Program-made: the position numbers and the translations under genes
The notes under the pieces: model-generated
Told to the model about the DNA's origin: nothing
Database searches by the model: none
What the model saw: the letters and a program-made list of their open reading frames with translations, nothing else
Shown: in pieces, positions 20,310-30,629 of the stretch
How positions within the stretch are numbered: the stretch's first letter is position 1
Layout of the letters: each line of letters opens with the position of its first letter
Assembly: GCA_963836235.1 (NCBI GenBank)
Contig: CAWIIP010000005.1
Span: forward strand, 96,001-160,000
Direction: 5' to 3'
DNA length: 64,000 nucleotides
Origin: an uncultured Pseudomonadota bacterium
GTDB lineage: Bacteria > Oederibacteriota > Muellerivitia > Muellerivitales > Muellerivitaceae

Positions 20310-22471
20310 TTGCCTTTTTTCTCCAATAGCTGGGTGACCACCTTCGTTTTAAAGGTTTCCGCGGGTTTGAGGGAGACTTCCCATCCCAATAAAAGACAGG
20401 AGCCTTGATAGACCTTCTCAAAACCACCCTCGGATTGGGAAATGGTTTCAACCGGATACCGCCAAAACTTGGCCGGATGGGGAGACTTAAAGTTGATTTC
20501 CAATTCCAACCAGCCGTCCCGCATGCCCATCTCCGTCACTCCCGTTTCCTCTCCAACACTGTTTAACCGGGGCTGGAGGAGATCCCGTCCTTTCACAAAA
20601 TAATTCCGGTCCGGAGAATCTCCCGCAAGGAGGGTAAGGTTCCATTCCACGAGAAAAAGGAAATTCTGGCTGTGAGGGCCCTTATTTTGGAGTTCGTAGC
20701 CTGCTTCCAGCGTGAAATCTCCTGCCTCAAACTCGAGTTTTTTAGCCAACTTTAACGGCAGTCCCTCCACATGCCCCAACCGGGATAGGACCACTTGTGC
20801 CGGTTGGCCTTTTTTCTTGGGTGCTTGGATTTTCGATTCAAATAGGCCGTTACGAAAATCCCCCCGTTCCTCGTAACGATTCGTCATCATTTGCTCAACC
20901 GTGGTTAAATCCGTCACGAAATGTTCGGTCAGGCTAACTCGGCGGGCCGAATCATAGAAAAGTTTCTTGTCCAGTCCTGGTTCCTTCATACGGACCATGT
21001 CATGGATGCTGGACACCCCACCCTGGGGCTGGCCCTGGTTTGCGGCGGCCACGAGTTTGTTATGGTAGGCCTCTTTGCGGCGGGTCAGGGTATCGGAAAG
21101 GTTGATTGGGTTTTTCAGGTAATCTAACTCGGTCAAGACCCCGCCAACAGTTTCCAACAGGGCGTGATAATTCAGGCTCTCCACGACAATTTCATCTCTT
21201 CCATCTTTATTGAAGTCCGTCTCTTGGACTTGTACCCCAAAAGTCGAAGAAGGCAGGAGGGATTCTGCCAGTTTTTCCGCTTCAATCAATTCACGGTAAA
21301 CGGCAAATCGCAAATGGTTCAAGTAAAGACCACCGAAAACACCATGCCAGTAAGGGCAATTGCACTCTCCCCGGTAAAGAGCCCGAACGGCTTTATCCAA
21401 AACCGCTTTTTGCTTAGAGGTGGCTTTTTTAGACAACCTCTGCCGGGCTTTCTCGACCTTGGCGGAGACCCATAAAAGCTTTTTATGCATATGACTGCTC
21501 TCGACATATTTGGTGAAAAAGTTTCGCCAAAATCCACCTTTTAAATAACGCTCGTAACGGGGCATTTCTCCCCGATCTCTCACCTCATGGCGGATGTGCT
21601 CAAATTCCTCGGCCGCGTCTGCCGGTAAAGCCCATTCTCCCATTTCGGTATAGGAACCCGTGGGCAGACTGAGGATGCCCTTTGGCGCCTGCTGGGCGAC
21701 ATATTCGGAGAATGTGGCCAGATTCAGCCAGGAGGAATTATCTTCCAGAGCGGTAAAGAACCTCTCCAACCAACCTTCCTCGTAAACCCACTTGTAGGTA
21801 TCAGGCCATCCCCCGAACTTTTCACCGTCGTCCATCAAGACCACGCAACGGTCCCCCTCTTCCGTGGCGACGGACTGGAGATATTGAAGGCTTTCTTCCA
21901 CGGCCTTGAAAGGAACCATGTATCGCATCTTTTCAGAAATGGGAAAAACACCCGCCGTTTCACCCTGCTCTTCCATGAGGTAATAGCCGAAGGTTTCCTC
22001 TTCCTTTAATCCCACGGCCTTGAAGTGAGCGTCGTCCATCACGATATATTTCACGCCAGCATCCGCGAGGTTTTTGGTCAAATGGGGTTCCCAAACACGC
22101 TCAGCGGTCCACATACCTTTCGCCTCAACTTTAAAATGCTTCCTTAGATAGTCGGTCAGCATCCGGATTTGTCCCGCCTTATCCCGATCCGGAAGAACCG
22201 ACAGAATAGGCTCATACATGCCCCCCGTAAAAAACTCAATCTGGCCCCGGTCGGCCATTTCCTTCAACATTTTGAAATAGGGGGGACGGTTTTGTTCCAG
22301 CCATTCCAAAAGGGGTCCGGTCACGTGAAAAGTGCATTTCACCTTGGGATGCCTATGGAGAATGTGGAGGAAGGGTTCATAAGACTTCTTGAACAATTCC
22401 TCAAAAACTTGACCGAAATTGCCTACCGGTTGATGGTTGTGGACACCGAAGATAAACGTGACTTTTTTCAC
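20306..22471 (-). CDS. GH57 alpha-amylase/4-alpha-glucanotransferase
   Basis: HNHQP, GMWTAERVWEP, MDDGEKFGGWP, SYTEMGEWALP, YWHGVFGGLY, SQSEGGFEKVYQGS. Confidence 0.92.
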   Translation of the reverse strand: MKKVTFIFGVHNHQPVGNFGQVFEELFKKSYEPFLHILHRHPKVKCTFHVTGPLLEWLEQNRPPYFKMLKEMADRGQIEFFTGGMYEPILSVLPDRDKAGQIRMLTDYLRKHFKVEAKGMWTAERVWEPHLTKNLADAGVKYIVMDDAHFKAVGLKEEETFGYYLMEEQGETAGVFPISEKMRYMVPFKAVEESLQYLQSVATEEGDRCVVLMDDGEKFGGWPDTYKWVYEEGWLERFFTALEDNSSWLNLATFSEYVAQQAPKGILSLPTGSYTEMGEWALPADAAEEFEHIRHEVRDRGEMPRYERYLKGGFWRNFFTKYVESSHMHKKLLWVSAKVEKARQRLSKKATSKQKAVLDKAVRALYRGECNCPYWHGVFGGLYLNHLRFAVYRELIEAEKLAESLLPSSTFGVQVQETDFNKDGRDEIVVESLNYHALLETVGGVLTELDYLKNPINLSDTLTRRKEAYHNKLVAAANQGQPQGGVSSIHDMVRMKEPGLDKKLFYDSARRVSLTEHFVTDLTTVEQMMTNRYEERGDFRNGLFESKIQAPKKKGQPAQVVLSRLGHVEGLPLKLAKKLEFEAGDFTLEAGYELQNKGPHSQNFLFLVEWNLTLLAGDSPDRNYFVKGRDLLQPRLNSVGEETGVTEMGMRDGWLELEINFKSPHPAKFWRYPVETISQSEGGFEKVYQGSCLLLGWEVSLKPAETFKTKVVTQLLEKKGK

Positions 22472-22481
22472 TTTAGACCTC

Positions 22482-22976
22482 TCACTGACCGCTGTTCTTC
22501 AACTGATGAATGTATTTTTCCAATGATTCTTTGACATCACCTGGCACCGCTCGCACTTCCAGTTCCACTCCCTGCCTTTTTAGTTCTTTAAAGGACTCAA
22601 TATCAGCTTCATGAACGCAAACCGTTTTACTAACTTGTTGTTTCCCCTCACAAAAATGCATCCCCCCAACATTCACCGCCGATAAGGCCCCACCCCTCTT
22701 GCCAAACTCCACCACATCCGAAGGATTAGAAAAAAGAAGGAGGCTACGATCCTTGGAATCCCCCTTGCGACAGTTTTGGGCCGCCTCTTCCACGGTATAA
22801 AAACTCACCTTTAACCCCGAGGGAACCGCCATCTCCATGAGGGTCTTTTGCATCGAATTTTTGGCAATAACGTCATTTACCACGACCAGACGCTCAATTC
22901 CCAGGGCCTTAACCCAACCCACAACCACTTGCCCATGTATAAGCCGGTCATCAATTCGAATCAGTTGGATTTCCAT
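22482..22976 (-). CDS. PTS mannose-family EIIB
   Basis: RIDDRLIHGQV, VNVGGM. Confidence 0.95.
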   Translation of the reverse strand: MEIQLIRIDDRLIHGQVVVGWVKALGIERLVVVNDVIAKNSMQKTLMEMAVPSGLKVSFYTVEEAAQNCRKGDSKDRSLLLFSNPSDVVEFGKRGGALSAVNVGGMHFCEGKQQVSKTVCVHEADIESFKELKRQGVELEVRAVPGDVKESLEKYIHQLKNSGQ

Positions 22977-23002
22977 TCGGCCTCTCGAATCCAGAGTTAG
23001 CC

Positions 23003-23404
23003 CTATTTTTTAAGGAGTTCTAACGACGTCACAATACTTTCTCGGGTCGCGCTTTGAATCTCCGGAATCAACCGGTTCATTTCGGCTTCATCCCGACTCG
23101 AAACGACCTTGATCAGCATCGGCAGGTTCACTCCAGTCACAATCTGAAGTTTACGGGTTTGAGCCAACCGAAGAGCCACATTAAAAGGCGTGCCACCCAG
23201 CATATCCACCAATACCAGCGTCCCCGTTCCCATTGGATCCACGGTTTCAAGAGCTTTCTCCATTTTAACCTGGAAAGACTCCATAGAATCCTGTGAAATT
23301 AGATCGATCGCCAAAATGGCTTCCGTTTCACCCAAAATCATTCGGAGGGTGGAAAGAAGGGCGAGGCCGAGTTCCCCGTGGGTTGCCACAATCACGCCTA
23401 TCAT
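23003..23404 (-). CDS. PTS mannose-family EIIA
   Basis: VATHG, LVDMLGGTPFN, VTGVNLPML. Confidence 0.95.
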   Translation of the reverse strand: MIGVIVATHGELGLALLSTLRMILGETEAILAIDLISQDSMESFQVKMEKALETVDPMGTGTLVLVDMLGGTPFNVALRLAQTRKLQIVTGVNLPMLIKVVSSRDEAEMNRLIPEIQSATRESIVTSLELLKK

Positions 23405-23752
23405 TAAAAATCTCCTTTAAAATCGCCAAAAGGTTTTTTGAGTCTGTTTCAATAGTCCGAAGATGCTTTTTTTCACCAAGAGATTAAAAGGAACCCCCGG
23501 CATTATCAACTTAATGTTCCCGGGAATGGGGATATAACCGAGAAATCCCAGCGGAGAGCCAGAAAAATCAGAGTAAATACATGGTTTTCAATAATAAAAA
23601 TCGACTGCTTGTTACTTTTTGGGCACTGAAATTGAAAAAAGCGGAAACCTCTCCACGTTGACATTCACCATTTCAATGGACAATCTTATGAAGGAAAGCA
23701 TTTCTTGGCGCCTGTTAAAGATAAAGCTGCTCAGGTATCGTTCGAACATTAA

Positions 23753-25024
23753 TTACATTACCAGCCTTCGGACAATGGCTTTTCCCAGCTTTTCCGGGCT
23801 ATGCCGCACGTAATCTTCCTGATGGAGTAAATTCACTTGTATTAATTCAACATCAAGAGCCTTAACTGCTTCTTCATCCACCACAACGGGCTTCTGTCCA
23901 TTAGCTTCGTAACGGGCCAATAGTTGCGCGGGAACCTTTTCCTTGTTAGCGATGACGTAGTGGATAAACCCAGGACTGGTGTGCTTGAGGATGGCTTTCA
24001 CGTGGTCAGAAACGGTAAGGTTATCCGTTTCTCCCGGTTGTGTCATGACATTACAAACATACATTTTCACCGCGCGGGCCAGGGCGATCGTTTCGGCCAC
24101 TTCCGGAATCAAAAGATTCGGAAGAATGCTGGTATAAAGACTACCCGGCCCAAAGACAATGGCGTCCGCTTCCAATATGGCCTTCAAAACATCTTTGTTG
24201 GGGCGGATTTTTTTTTCTTTTAGCATAATCCGGTCAATAGGGGATTTTCCGTTTGGAATCCGGGATTCCCCAGTAATAATTTTTCCATTTTTCAGCTTGG
24301 CCTGGAGCGTCATATTCTCGAAAGTGACGGGCATGACGGTGCCCCGGGTCGCCAATACACGGCTGGATTCCTCCACGGCCCTGCCAAAATCACCCGTGAT
24401 TTCCTTCATAACTGTAATAAAAAGATTTCCAAAACTATGGCCCTTCAGGTCGCCGTGGCCCTTGAACCGATATTGGAAAAGATCTTTGAGGAGGGTTTCC
24501 TGGTCGGATAAAGCAACAATGCAATTGCGGATGTCCCCCGGAGGCGGGGTTCCAAAATCCCTTCTGAGCCTACCCGAACTTCCGCCGTCATCGGCGACCG
24601 TCACAACCGCGGTAAGGTTGCTGGTGTAGTGTTTGAGGCTGGAAAGGACATTGGGAAGCCCCGTACCCCCGCCCACCGCCACAATCCGGGGCCCGCGCTT
24701 GAGGCGTGTTCGCTGATAGGCGATATTGATGAATTCCTTCTCCCTCGCAGGAGCGTAAACCGTGAGTACCGAAAAGATCAAACGCCTTATACCCAAAATC
24801 AGCCCCCAAAAAGCCAGGAGCATGAAAAGAAAATCGACGAACTTGAGGTGTTTGAGGTGATCTTCCAGTTCGACAATTACCGGTGGGCGCAAATGGATAC
24901 CCCCCGTATGTTGACTCATGACGCCTGAGAATCCGACGTAAAGGACAATCATCGAGAGGACAATGAGAAAAATCCAGCGTTTGAGACGCAAACCAGGATA
25001 GAGCCAGGGGAAACTCAACATCAA
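23753..25024 (-). CDS. yvcK: YvcK/GlmR-family gluconeogenesis factor with N-terminal TM segments
   Basis: GGGTGL, VADDGGSSGRLR, PPGDIRNC, GPGSLYTSILPNL, NVMTQPGET. Confidence 0.92.
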   Translation of the reverse strand: MMLSFPWLYPGLRLKRWIFLIVLSMIVLYVGFSGVMSQHTGGIHLRPPVIVELEDHLKHLKFVDFLFMLLAFWGLILGIRRLIFSVLTVYAPAREKEFINIAYQRTRLKRGPRIVAVGGGTGLPNVLSSLKHYTSNLTAVVTVADDGGSSGRLRRDFGTPPPGDIRNCIVALSDQETLLKDLFQYRFKGHGDLKGHSFGNLFITVMKEITGDFGRAVEESSRVLATRGTVMPVTFENMTLQAKLKNGKIITGESRIPNGKSPIDRIMLKEKKIRPNKDVLKAILEADAIVFGPGSLYTSILPNLLIPEVAETIALARAVKMYVCNVMTQPGETDNLTVSDHVKAILKHTSPGFIHYVIANKEKVPAQLLARYEANGQKPVVVDEEAVKALDVELIQVNLLHQEDYVRHSPEKLGKAIVRRLVM

Positions 25025-25992
25025 ATTTTGCCCTTGAGTTTGGGAGAATTGCGCCTGGCCGTTTCCTCCGCCATCATACGGGAAACTCGGTCGGCAAACT
25101 CCTGGGCAGTGAAGTAACCCAGTTTCATCAGGCGGTGGTTCATGGCCGCTACTTCGATGATCACCGCCAGGTTCCGGCCCGGCCTCACCGGAATAAGGAA
25201 CATGGGAATTTCCACGTCAAAAATCTTGTGCGTGGCGGGCGTCAAGCCCAGCCGGTCGTATTCCTTTTTATTGTCCCATTCTTCTAACCGGATAATCAGT
25301 TCGATACGTTTTTTGTCGCGAATCGCTCCCACACCAAAGAGACTTTCAATATTAATGATCCCCAAGCCTCTTATCTCCATGTGATGCTTGATGATTTCAG
25401 ACCGGGAACCCATCAATATCCGGTTGGCCAGCCGCTTGATGTAAACCAGGTCGTCCGCCACCAGCCGGTGGCCACGTTCTACCAGATCCAAGGCGCACTC
25501 ACTTTTCCCGATGCCCGAGTTTCCCAAAATAAGTATCCCCACTCCATAGACATCCAAAAGCGTCCCATGGATGGTCGTTTCAGGGGCGAATTCCTCCTCA
25601 AGGAAAACCGAAATTTCAGAAACAAACTTGGTCGTGGGCGTAACAGTCGAGAAAAGGGGGATTTTCCGCGCCTCGGCCTCGGAAACCAAATCTGTGGGCG
25701 GTTTCATTTTGTGGGTCACTACGATGCAGGGAAGCCGATGGGACAATAGGGTCTTCAATATTTTTTTACGCTGGGTTGGTTTTAGCGTTCGAAGGAAATG
25801 GATTTCGGTTTTCCCCAAAATCTGGAGGCGTTCGTAAGGAAACCACTTGAGGTACCCGGTCAGGGCCATTCCCATCCGGTTGATGTCCACACTGACGATA
25901 AACCGATCGGACATTCCCGCTTCGGCCACGGGGGAAAGATGGAGCCGTTCCTTGGCCTGTTGAAAAAAAGACTCCACGGAAATTTTCTTCAT
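25021..25992 (-). CDS. hprK: HPr kinase/phosphorylase
   Basis: HG..LDVYGVG, GNSGIGKSE, GHRLVADD, EIRGLGII, PVRPGRN. Confidence 0.97.
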   Translation of the reverse strand: MKKISVESFFQQAKERLHLSPVAEAGMSDRFIVSVDINRMGMALTGYLKWFPYERLQILGKTEIHFLRTLKPTQRKKILKTLLSHRLPCIVVTHKMKPPTDLVSEAEARKIPLFSTVTPTTKFVSEISVFLEEEFAPETTIHGTLLDVYGVGILILGNSGIGKSECALDLVERGHRLVADDLVYIKRLANRILMGSRSEIIKHHMEIRGLGIINIESLFGVGAIRDKKRIELIIRLEEWDNKKEYDRLGLTPATHKIFDVEIPMFLIPVRPGRNLAVIIEVAAMNHRLMKLGYFTAQEFADRVSRMMAEETARRNSPKLKGKI

Positions 25993-26032
25993 GGTCCCCG
26001 TCGCTTTGGCTTTTTCCCTGCCGGGAAGCCGG

Positions 26033-26497
26033 TCAATGCTTAAGTTTTTCTTCTTCTTGGATGATTTTGACCACGTCCTCGGGGGTTTTCGCCGAGAGGA
26101 GCGACTTGCGGAAATATTTATCTTTTAAGAGGCTGGAAATACGGGCCAAGGCTTTCAAGTGGGCCCCCGCAGCTCCTTCCGGGGCCACCAGCAGGAAAAA
26201 AATATTCACAGGCTCACCATCCAATGAGTCAAAGCTGATCCCGTCGACAGAAAGCCCGAAAGCCGCCGCCAAATCCGAAACGGTATCCGACTTTCCATGG
26301 GGAATGGCTATTCCCTGGCCAATTCCTGTGGAGCCAAGCTCTTCACGCTCCATGAGTGTCTGAAGCATTTTCTTTTTGTCCTTCACTTTGCCCGTTTTGA
26401 CCAAAAGTTCCACCATCTCTTTAATGGCGTCTTTCTTGTTTTTGGATTCCAGGGACATCTTGATGGCGTCAGCCGTTAAAAAATCCAATATCTGCAT
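26033..26497 (-). CDS. ptsN: PTS EIIA-Ntr-like protein
   Basis: REELGSTGIGQGIAIPH; position after hpf in the rpoN operon. Confidence 0.88.
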   Translation of the reverse strand: MQILDFLTADAIKMSLESKNKKDAIKEMVELLVKTGKVKDKKKMLQTLMEREELGSTGIGQGIAIPHGKSDTVSDLAAAFGLSVDGISFDSLDGEPVNIFFLLVAPEGAAGAHLKALARISSLLKDKYFRKSLLSAKTPEDVVKIIQEEEKLKH

Positions 26498-26554
26498 GAA
26501 ACTTCCTCCCGAAAAGCCAGTTGATAACTTTCAGCCGCAACTAAAACCCGCCGT

Positions 26555-27094
26555 TCAATATTCCGGCTCAATCAGACCGATATGATGATCCTTCCGCTTG
26601 TAAACCACTCCCGTTCGTTCGGTCTCGGCATTCGAAAAAACCAAAAACTCATCTTTGGAAGAAGCCAATTGTAAAGCTGCTTCCTCAATCGTCATGGGCT
26701 TCACTGCGTATTTTTTAGTTCGTAAAACCTTGACTCCATCTCCTTCCATCGATGCCGGAACAAGTCCAAAAGGTTTCGAACTCATGGCTTTAGGATGTTC
26801 GGGTCGATGATGTTCCGCTCGTTTGTCTTTTTGCTTGTGCGCCTGCTTCTCCAATCTTTGCAGCGCCACGTCAATGGATTGATACATATCGTGGGAGGAA
26901 GCCTTGGCGCTTAATTTCAAGCCCTTTGCGCTCAAGGTTACTTCGCAAATATGCAACTTCCTCTCAAAGTTCAATACCACATGAGCTTCTTTGATTTTTC
27001 CCAAGTATCTTTCCACTCGCTGAATCTTGTCCTCAATGTGGATTCTTAATCCATCGGTGAGTTGCTCATGGCGGCTGGTAATATGAATTTTCAT
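26555..27094 (-). CDS. hpf: Long ribosome hibernation promoting factor
   Basis: DMYQSID...LEKQ; C-terminal KPMTIEEA...FLVF...VVYKRKD..GLIEP. Confidence 0.93.
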   Translation of the reverse strand: MKIHITSRHEQLTDGLRIHIEDKIQRVERYLGKIKEAHVVLNFERKLHICEVTLSAKGLKLSAKASSHDMYQSIDVALQRLEKQAHKQKDKRAEHHRPEHPKAMSSKPFGLVPASMEGDGVKVLRTKKYAVKPMTIEEAALQLASSKDEFLVFSNAETERTGVVYKRKDHHIGLIEPEY

Positions 27095-27283
27095 TATTTT
27101 TCCTATTGGATAAAAAAGACCGGATTTCTTCAGCCCTATTCGGGCGGAAAAACCCTATAAAAGAATTGTCATTCTAACACTCGAAAACCGGAAGTCAATC
27201 CGCACTCGGTTTTCATAACATTGGACAGCCAGAAGTTCCAAGAGGAATCACTTTGTCTCCAAATAGAATGTTCAATTGATTTG

Positions 27284-28813
27284 TCACAATTTTCGCCGTT
27301 GGGAAGCCGAAGGAATCTTGAGTTCTTCACGGTATTTGGCGATGGTACGGCGAGCGATACTGAGTCCCTGGTCGTTTAAGACTTGCATGATCTTTTGATC
27401 CGAAAAGGGTTTTTGAGGGGATTCCTGAGAAACCAGTTCCTTTATCTTTTCCTTGACCGACAAAGAAGACACATCCAAACCGTCCACCGATTCTAACCCG
27501 CTGGTGAAAAAATATTTTAATTCAAATAATCCCCGAGGAGTCTGAACGTACTTGTGGGTGGTCACCCGACTGACCGTGGATTCATGCATGCCGATGATGT
27601 CGGCAACTTGCTTTAACGTCAGGGGCTTTAAAACACTGATTCCAATTTCAAGAAAATCCCTTTGAATGCGGAAAATGGCTTCCGTAACCCGGAAGATGGT
27701 TTTACGCCGTTGCTCGATATTCTTGATCAGCCAAATAGCGGATTGAATCTTATTTTCCAAAAACTTTTTGGTTTCTTTCCCCTCAAGAGCTTTTTTGTCC
27801 TTCATTAGCCTTCGGTAATAAGGCGAAATCCGAAGTTTTGGCACCGGTTCGTCGTTCAAAACCACAACGTACTCCCCGTCCATTTTACGAATGTACACAT
27901 CCGGCGTGATGTACTTAGTCTCATTCTCCTGAAAGGACCTTCCCGGCTTCGGCTCCAGCGTTGCGATAAAAGTCAAAATTTCCCTTAATTGTTCATCGGT
28001 GCAACCCAAGGCTTTGGTAATAGCGGGATATTTTCTCTTTTCCATTTCCTCGAAATGGTCATGCACCACTTGGTAGGATTTGCGGGCCGTTTCTCCAGTT
28101 TTATTTTCCAATTGGAGCAAAAGACACTCCCTTAAATTTCGCGCACCCACCCCCGCCGGCTCAAAGGTCTGGATCAACCCCAAAATCCTCTCTATCTCTA
28201 GGGGTGATACTTCTTGTGATGTCGCGATATCCTCCACCTTGTCCGTTAAATACCCGTTATCGTCCAAGTTTCCGATGATGACTTTACCAAGGATCTTTTC
28301 CTGATCATCCTTGGCAACCAGCAGTAACTGCCATTCCAAGCTTTCAGAGAGAGTCTGAGAACGGGTGATGGAAGCTTCAATAAAATCCCGTTTTTCTTGG
28401 TCGGTTTGGGAACTCTCCCTGCCGCCATATTCGGTGTCGTTGGATTCCCCATATTCCTCCGACTCTCTGTAAAGATTCCAGGTGTCGTCGCTGAATCGAT
28501 CGCCATCCTTTAAATGCTCCACCAAGTCAGTCTGATGACGGTCGCGAGCCAATTCCAAAAGTTTGTCGGAATCAGGATTGGATTGTTCTGCGGGAGGAGC
28601 ATCTAATGGTTCGGTAGGAGAAGCTTTATCAATGGTCTCAACTGGAGTTTCTTCATTTTCTTCCTCCAAGGTGGGGTTCTCCAGCATTTCCTTTTCCACC
28701 CATTCCTTCAATTCCAGAGTGGAAAGTTGAAGGATCTTCATGGCTTGTTGCAGCATCGGAGTCATAATCATCCGTTGCTGCATCTTTTGGTTCATTCCGA
28801 ACTGCTGCCGCAT
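27284..28813 (-). CDS. rpoN: RNA polymerase sigma-54 factor
   Basis: Q-rich N-terminus, HESTVSR, RpoN box ARRTIAKYRE. Confidence 0.97.
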   Translation of the reverse strand: MRQQFGMNQKMQQRMIMTPMLQQAMKILQLSTLELKEWVEKEMLENPTLEEENEETPVETIDKASPTEPLDAPPAEQSNPDSDKLLELARDRHQTDLVEHLKDGDRFSDDTWNLYRESEEYGESNDTEYGGRESSQTDQEKRDFIEASITRSQTLSESLEWQLLLVAKDDQEKILGKVIIGNLDDNGYLTDKVEDIATSQEVSPLEIERILGLIQTFEPAGVGARNLRECLLLQLENKTGETARKSYQVVHDHFEEMEKRKYPAITKALGCTDEQLREILTFIATLEPKPGRSFQENETKYITPDVYIRKMDGEYVVVLNDEPVPKLRISPYYRRLMKDKKALEGKETKKFLENKIQSAIWLIKNIEQRRKTIFRVTEAIFRIQRDFLEIGISVLKPLTLKQVADIIGMHESTVSRVTTHKYVQTPRGLFELKYFFTSGLESVDGLDVSSLSVKEKIKELVSQESPQKPFSDQKIMQVLNDQGLSIARRTIAKYREELKIPSASQRRKL

Positions 28814-28937
28814 AACTCATGCCACCTAAAGAAGAATGTCTTGAGCAAGAATTATACCTTTTTATGGTTTAGAGGTACCCATTAAAAGGATCAAGTTCCA
28901 GGCAGTATAGACAATCAAAACAACTGAAGAAATTCGC

Positions 28938-29258
28938 TTAACGAATCCACAAAAGGTATACCAAGAAGTTTAGGGATAAAACCAAGATCGCCCCATAAAG
29001 AACACCCTTGGCGACATACGGTTGATTTTTTTTCCTAAAAAAAAGAAAACAGGGGATGACATAAACCCACTGGCTTAATCCACAAAATCCCAGGACAAGC
29101 ATGGGGAAAGTCGCCCAATCGTTGGTAGGGCCATTAGGGCCCCAATCCGCCCAAGTGTCAAAAATAGCGAAGGCAAAAAGAAACAAAGCAAAAAGAACGG
29201 CAAGAACAATCCCCATACCTTCAAATACCTGATAGCGCCGGGAAGATTCCTCAACCAT
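28938..29258 (-). CDS. Small hypothetical membrane protein (about 3 TM)
   Basis: ATG at 29258 overlapping the amidohydrolase stop; hydrophobic helices. Confidence 0.55.
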   Translation of the reverse strand: MVEESSRRYQVFEGMGIVLAVLFALFLFAFAIFDTWADWGPNGPTNDWATFPMLVLGFCGLSQWVYVIPCFLFFRKKNQPYVAKGVLYGAILVLSLNFLVYLLWIR

Positions 29259-30501
29259 TTTTCTCCTCCCCCGAACTTTCCTGCCAACCCTTTTTGAATT
29301 TTGTCTTTTCCCATTGACGAATCCAAAAATCCAAGTCAAAAGGTTGGGGAAACTCCAGTTCCCCCGCCGGATAAGGGCGTCCCCCTTTAAGAACCAGTTT
29401 TAATGTCCGGAAATACTGCGGGTCTTTTAATGGATCGTGTTGATAAAGAGCCAAATCGGCGAATTTCCCTTTTTCAACCGTACCTAGTTTCTCTTCCATT
29501 CCCAATAGTTTCGCCGCGTCCCGAGTGGCCATTTTCAAACACTGGAAAGGAGTCAACCCCGTGGATTGCAAATCTTTCCATTCTTTTACGGAAACGCCAA
29601 AAGGCATGTGGGGATTCCCCGCGTCCGTTCCGTAAGCTACTTGGCCTCCGAGACTCAAGAACCTCTCCAGGTTTTTTTGGCATTGGTGGTGCCCCGCCCT
29701 AAACCCATGCTGGCAATACTGACCGAAAGGATGATCAGCCCGGCGTTTCCACTCTTCCGCCCAACCCGCATGGGCGTGAAGTGTCGGAATGATCACGACT
29801 TTCCTTTTAATGGCTTCCTTCCAAAGATCATCGGAAACGGGGCGGGCTGGAATGTGTGCCACTTCATTAACACCACTTTTCACGCAAACTTCAAAATCAT
29901 CCTCATTGGTGATGTGGGCGGTAACCCGTTTGGAATGAGTGTGGGCCGCGGTCACGATGGCCGAAACCTCTGTCTCCGAAAGACAAGCGCCCAACTCATG
30001 TTCCATCCCCAGTTTAATAATATCCACACCCATTCCAATCAATTTTTTAACTTTATCCTGAGATTGGTAGCGCCCCTGGACGGGTGCCGAAACTTTGGGA
30101 CCCCAAACGTTTTCAGGATAACCTTTGGGACAGGTTAAAACAGGCCCGGAAATAAAAATTCGCGGCGCGGCAATGAGCCCCGATTGCTCCTTGGCCTTCC
30201 AAGCGAGCGCGTCAAAGATATCACTGGCAAGATCCCTGACGCTGGTAACACCATTCTTTAAAAAACTCGATAGAGTTTTTTCGTCCACGAGGCCGTGGAC
30301 ATGCAGGTCAATTAAACCCGGAAGAACAAAAAGTCCACGACCATCAATGACTTCCACCGCCTGATAGGCCGGGGCTTTGGAATGGTTCCCGGCATATATT
30401 ATTTTTTCCCCCGATACGAGGATGGTGGAATTCGCGGCAGCCTTATCTTTGGCGCCGTCATAGAGAGTCACATTTTCAATTGCGGTGTTAATTTGAAGCA
30501 T
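29251..30501 (-). CDS. Amidohydrolase-family protein
   Basis: PGLIDLHVH, GVTSVRD, YGTDAG, LGTVEKGKFADL; start trimmed to MLQINT. Confidence 0.88.
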   Translation of the reverse strand: MLQINTAIENVTLYDGAKDKAAANSTILVSGEKIIYAGNHSKAPAYQAVEVIDGRGLFVLPGLIDLHVHGLVDEKTLSSFLKNGVTSVRDLASDIFDALAWKAKEQSGLIAAPRIFISGPVLTCPKGYPENVWGPKVSAPVQGRYQSQDKVKKLIGMGVDIIKLGMEHELGACLSETEVSAIVTAAHTHSKRVTAHITNEDDFEVCVKSGVNEVAHIPARPVSDDLWKEAIKRKVVIIPTLHAHAGWAEEWKRRADHPFGQYCQHGFRAGHHQCQKNLERFLSLGGQVAYGTDAGNPHMPFGVSVKEWKDLQSTGLTPFQCLKMATRDAAKLLGMEEKLGTVEKGKFADLALYQHDPLKDPQYFRTLKLVLKGGRPYPAGELEFPQPFDLDFWIRQWEKTKFKKGWQESSGEEKNG

Positions 30502-30629
30502 AGAACCCCAAAATCCATCCATGGATTTGTGCGGACAAGTCAAACAATCAACATCATTTTCATTCGGAGCGAGAAGGCTTTGGCCAAAGAAAGTCGGAGT
30601 CCCTATCATTAATCCATTTTGATCCGTGG

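Noticed and set aside
23615-23640. sigma54-like GGCAC...TTGA motif
   Set aside because: Imperfect -12 element and oriented antisense to the operon
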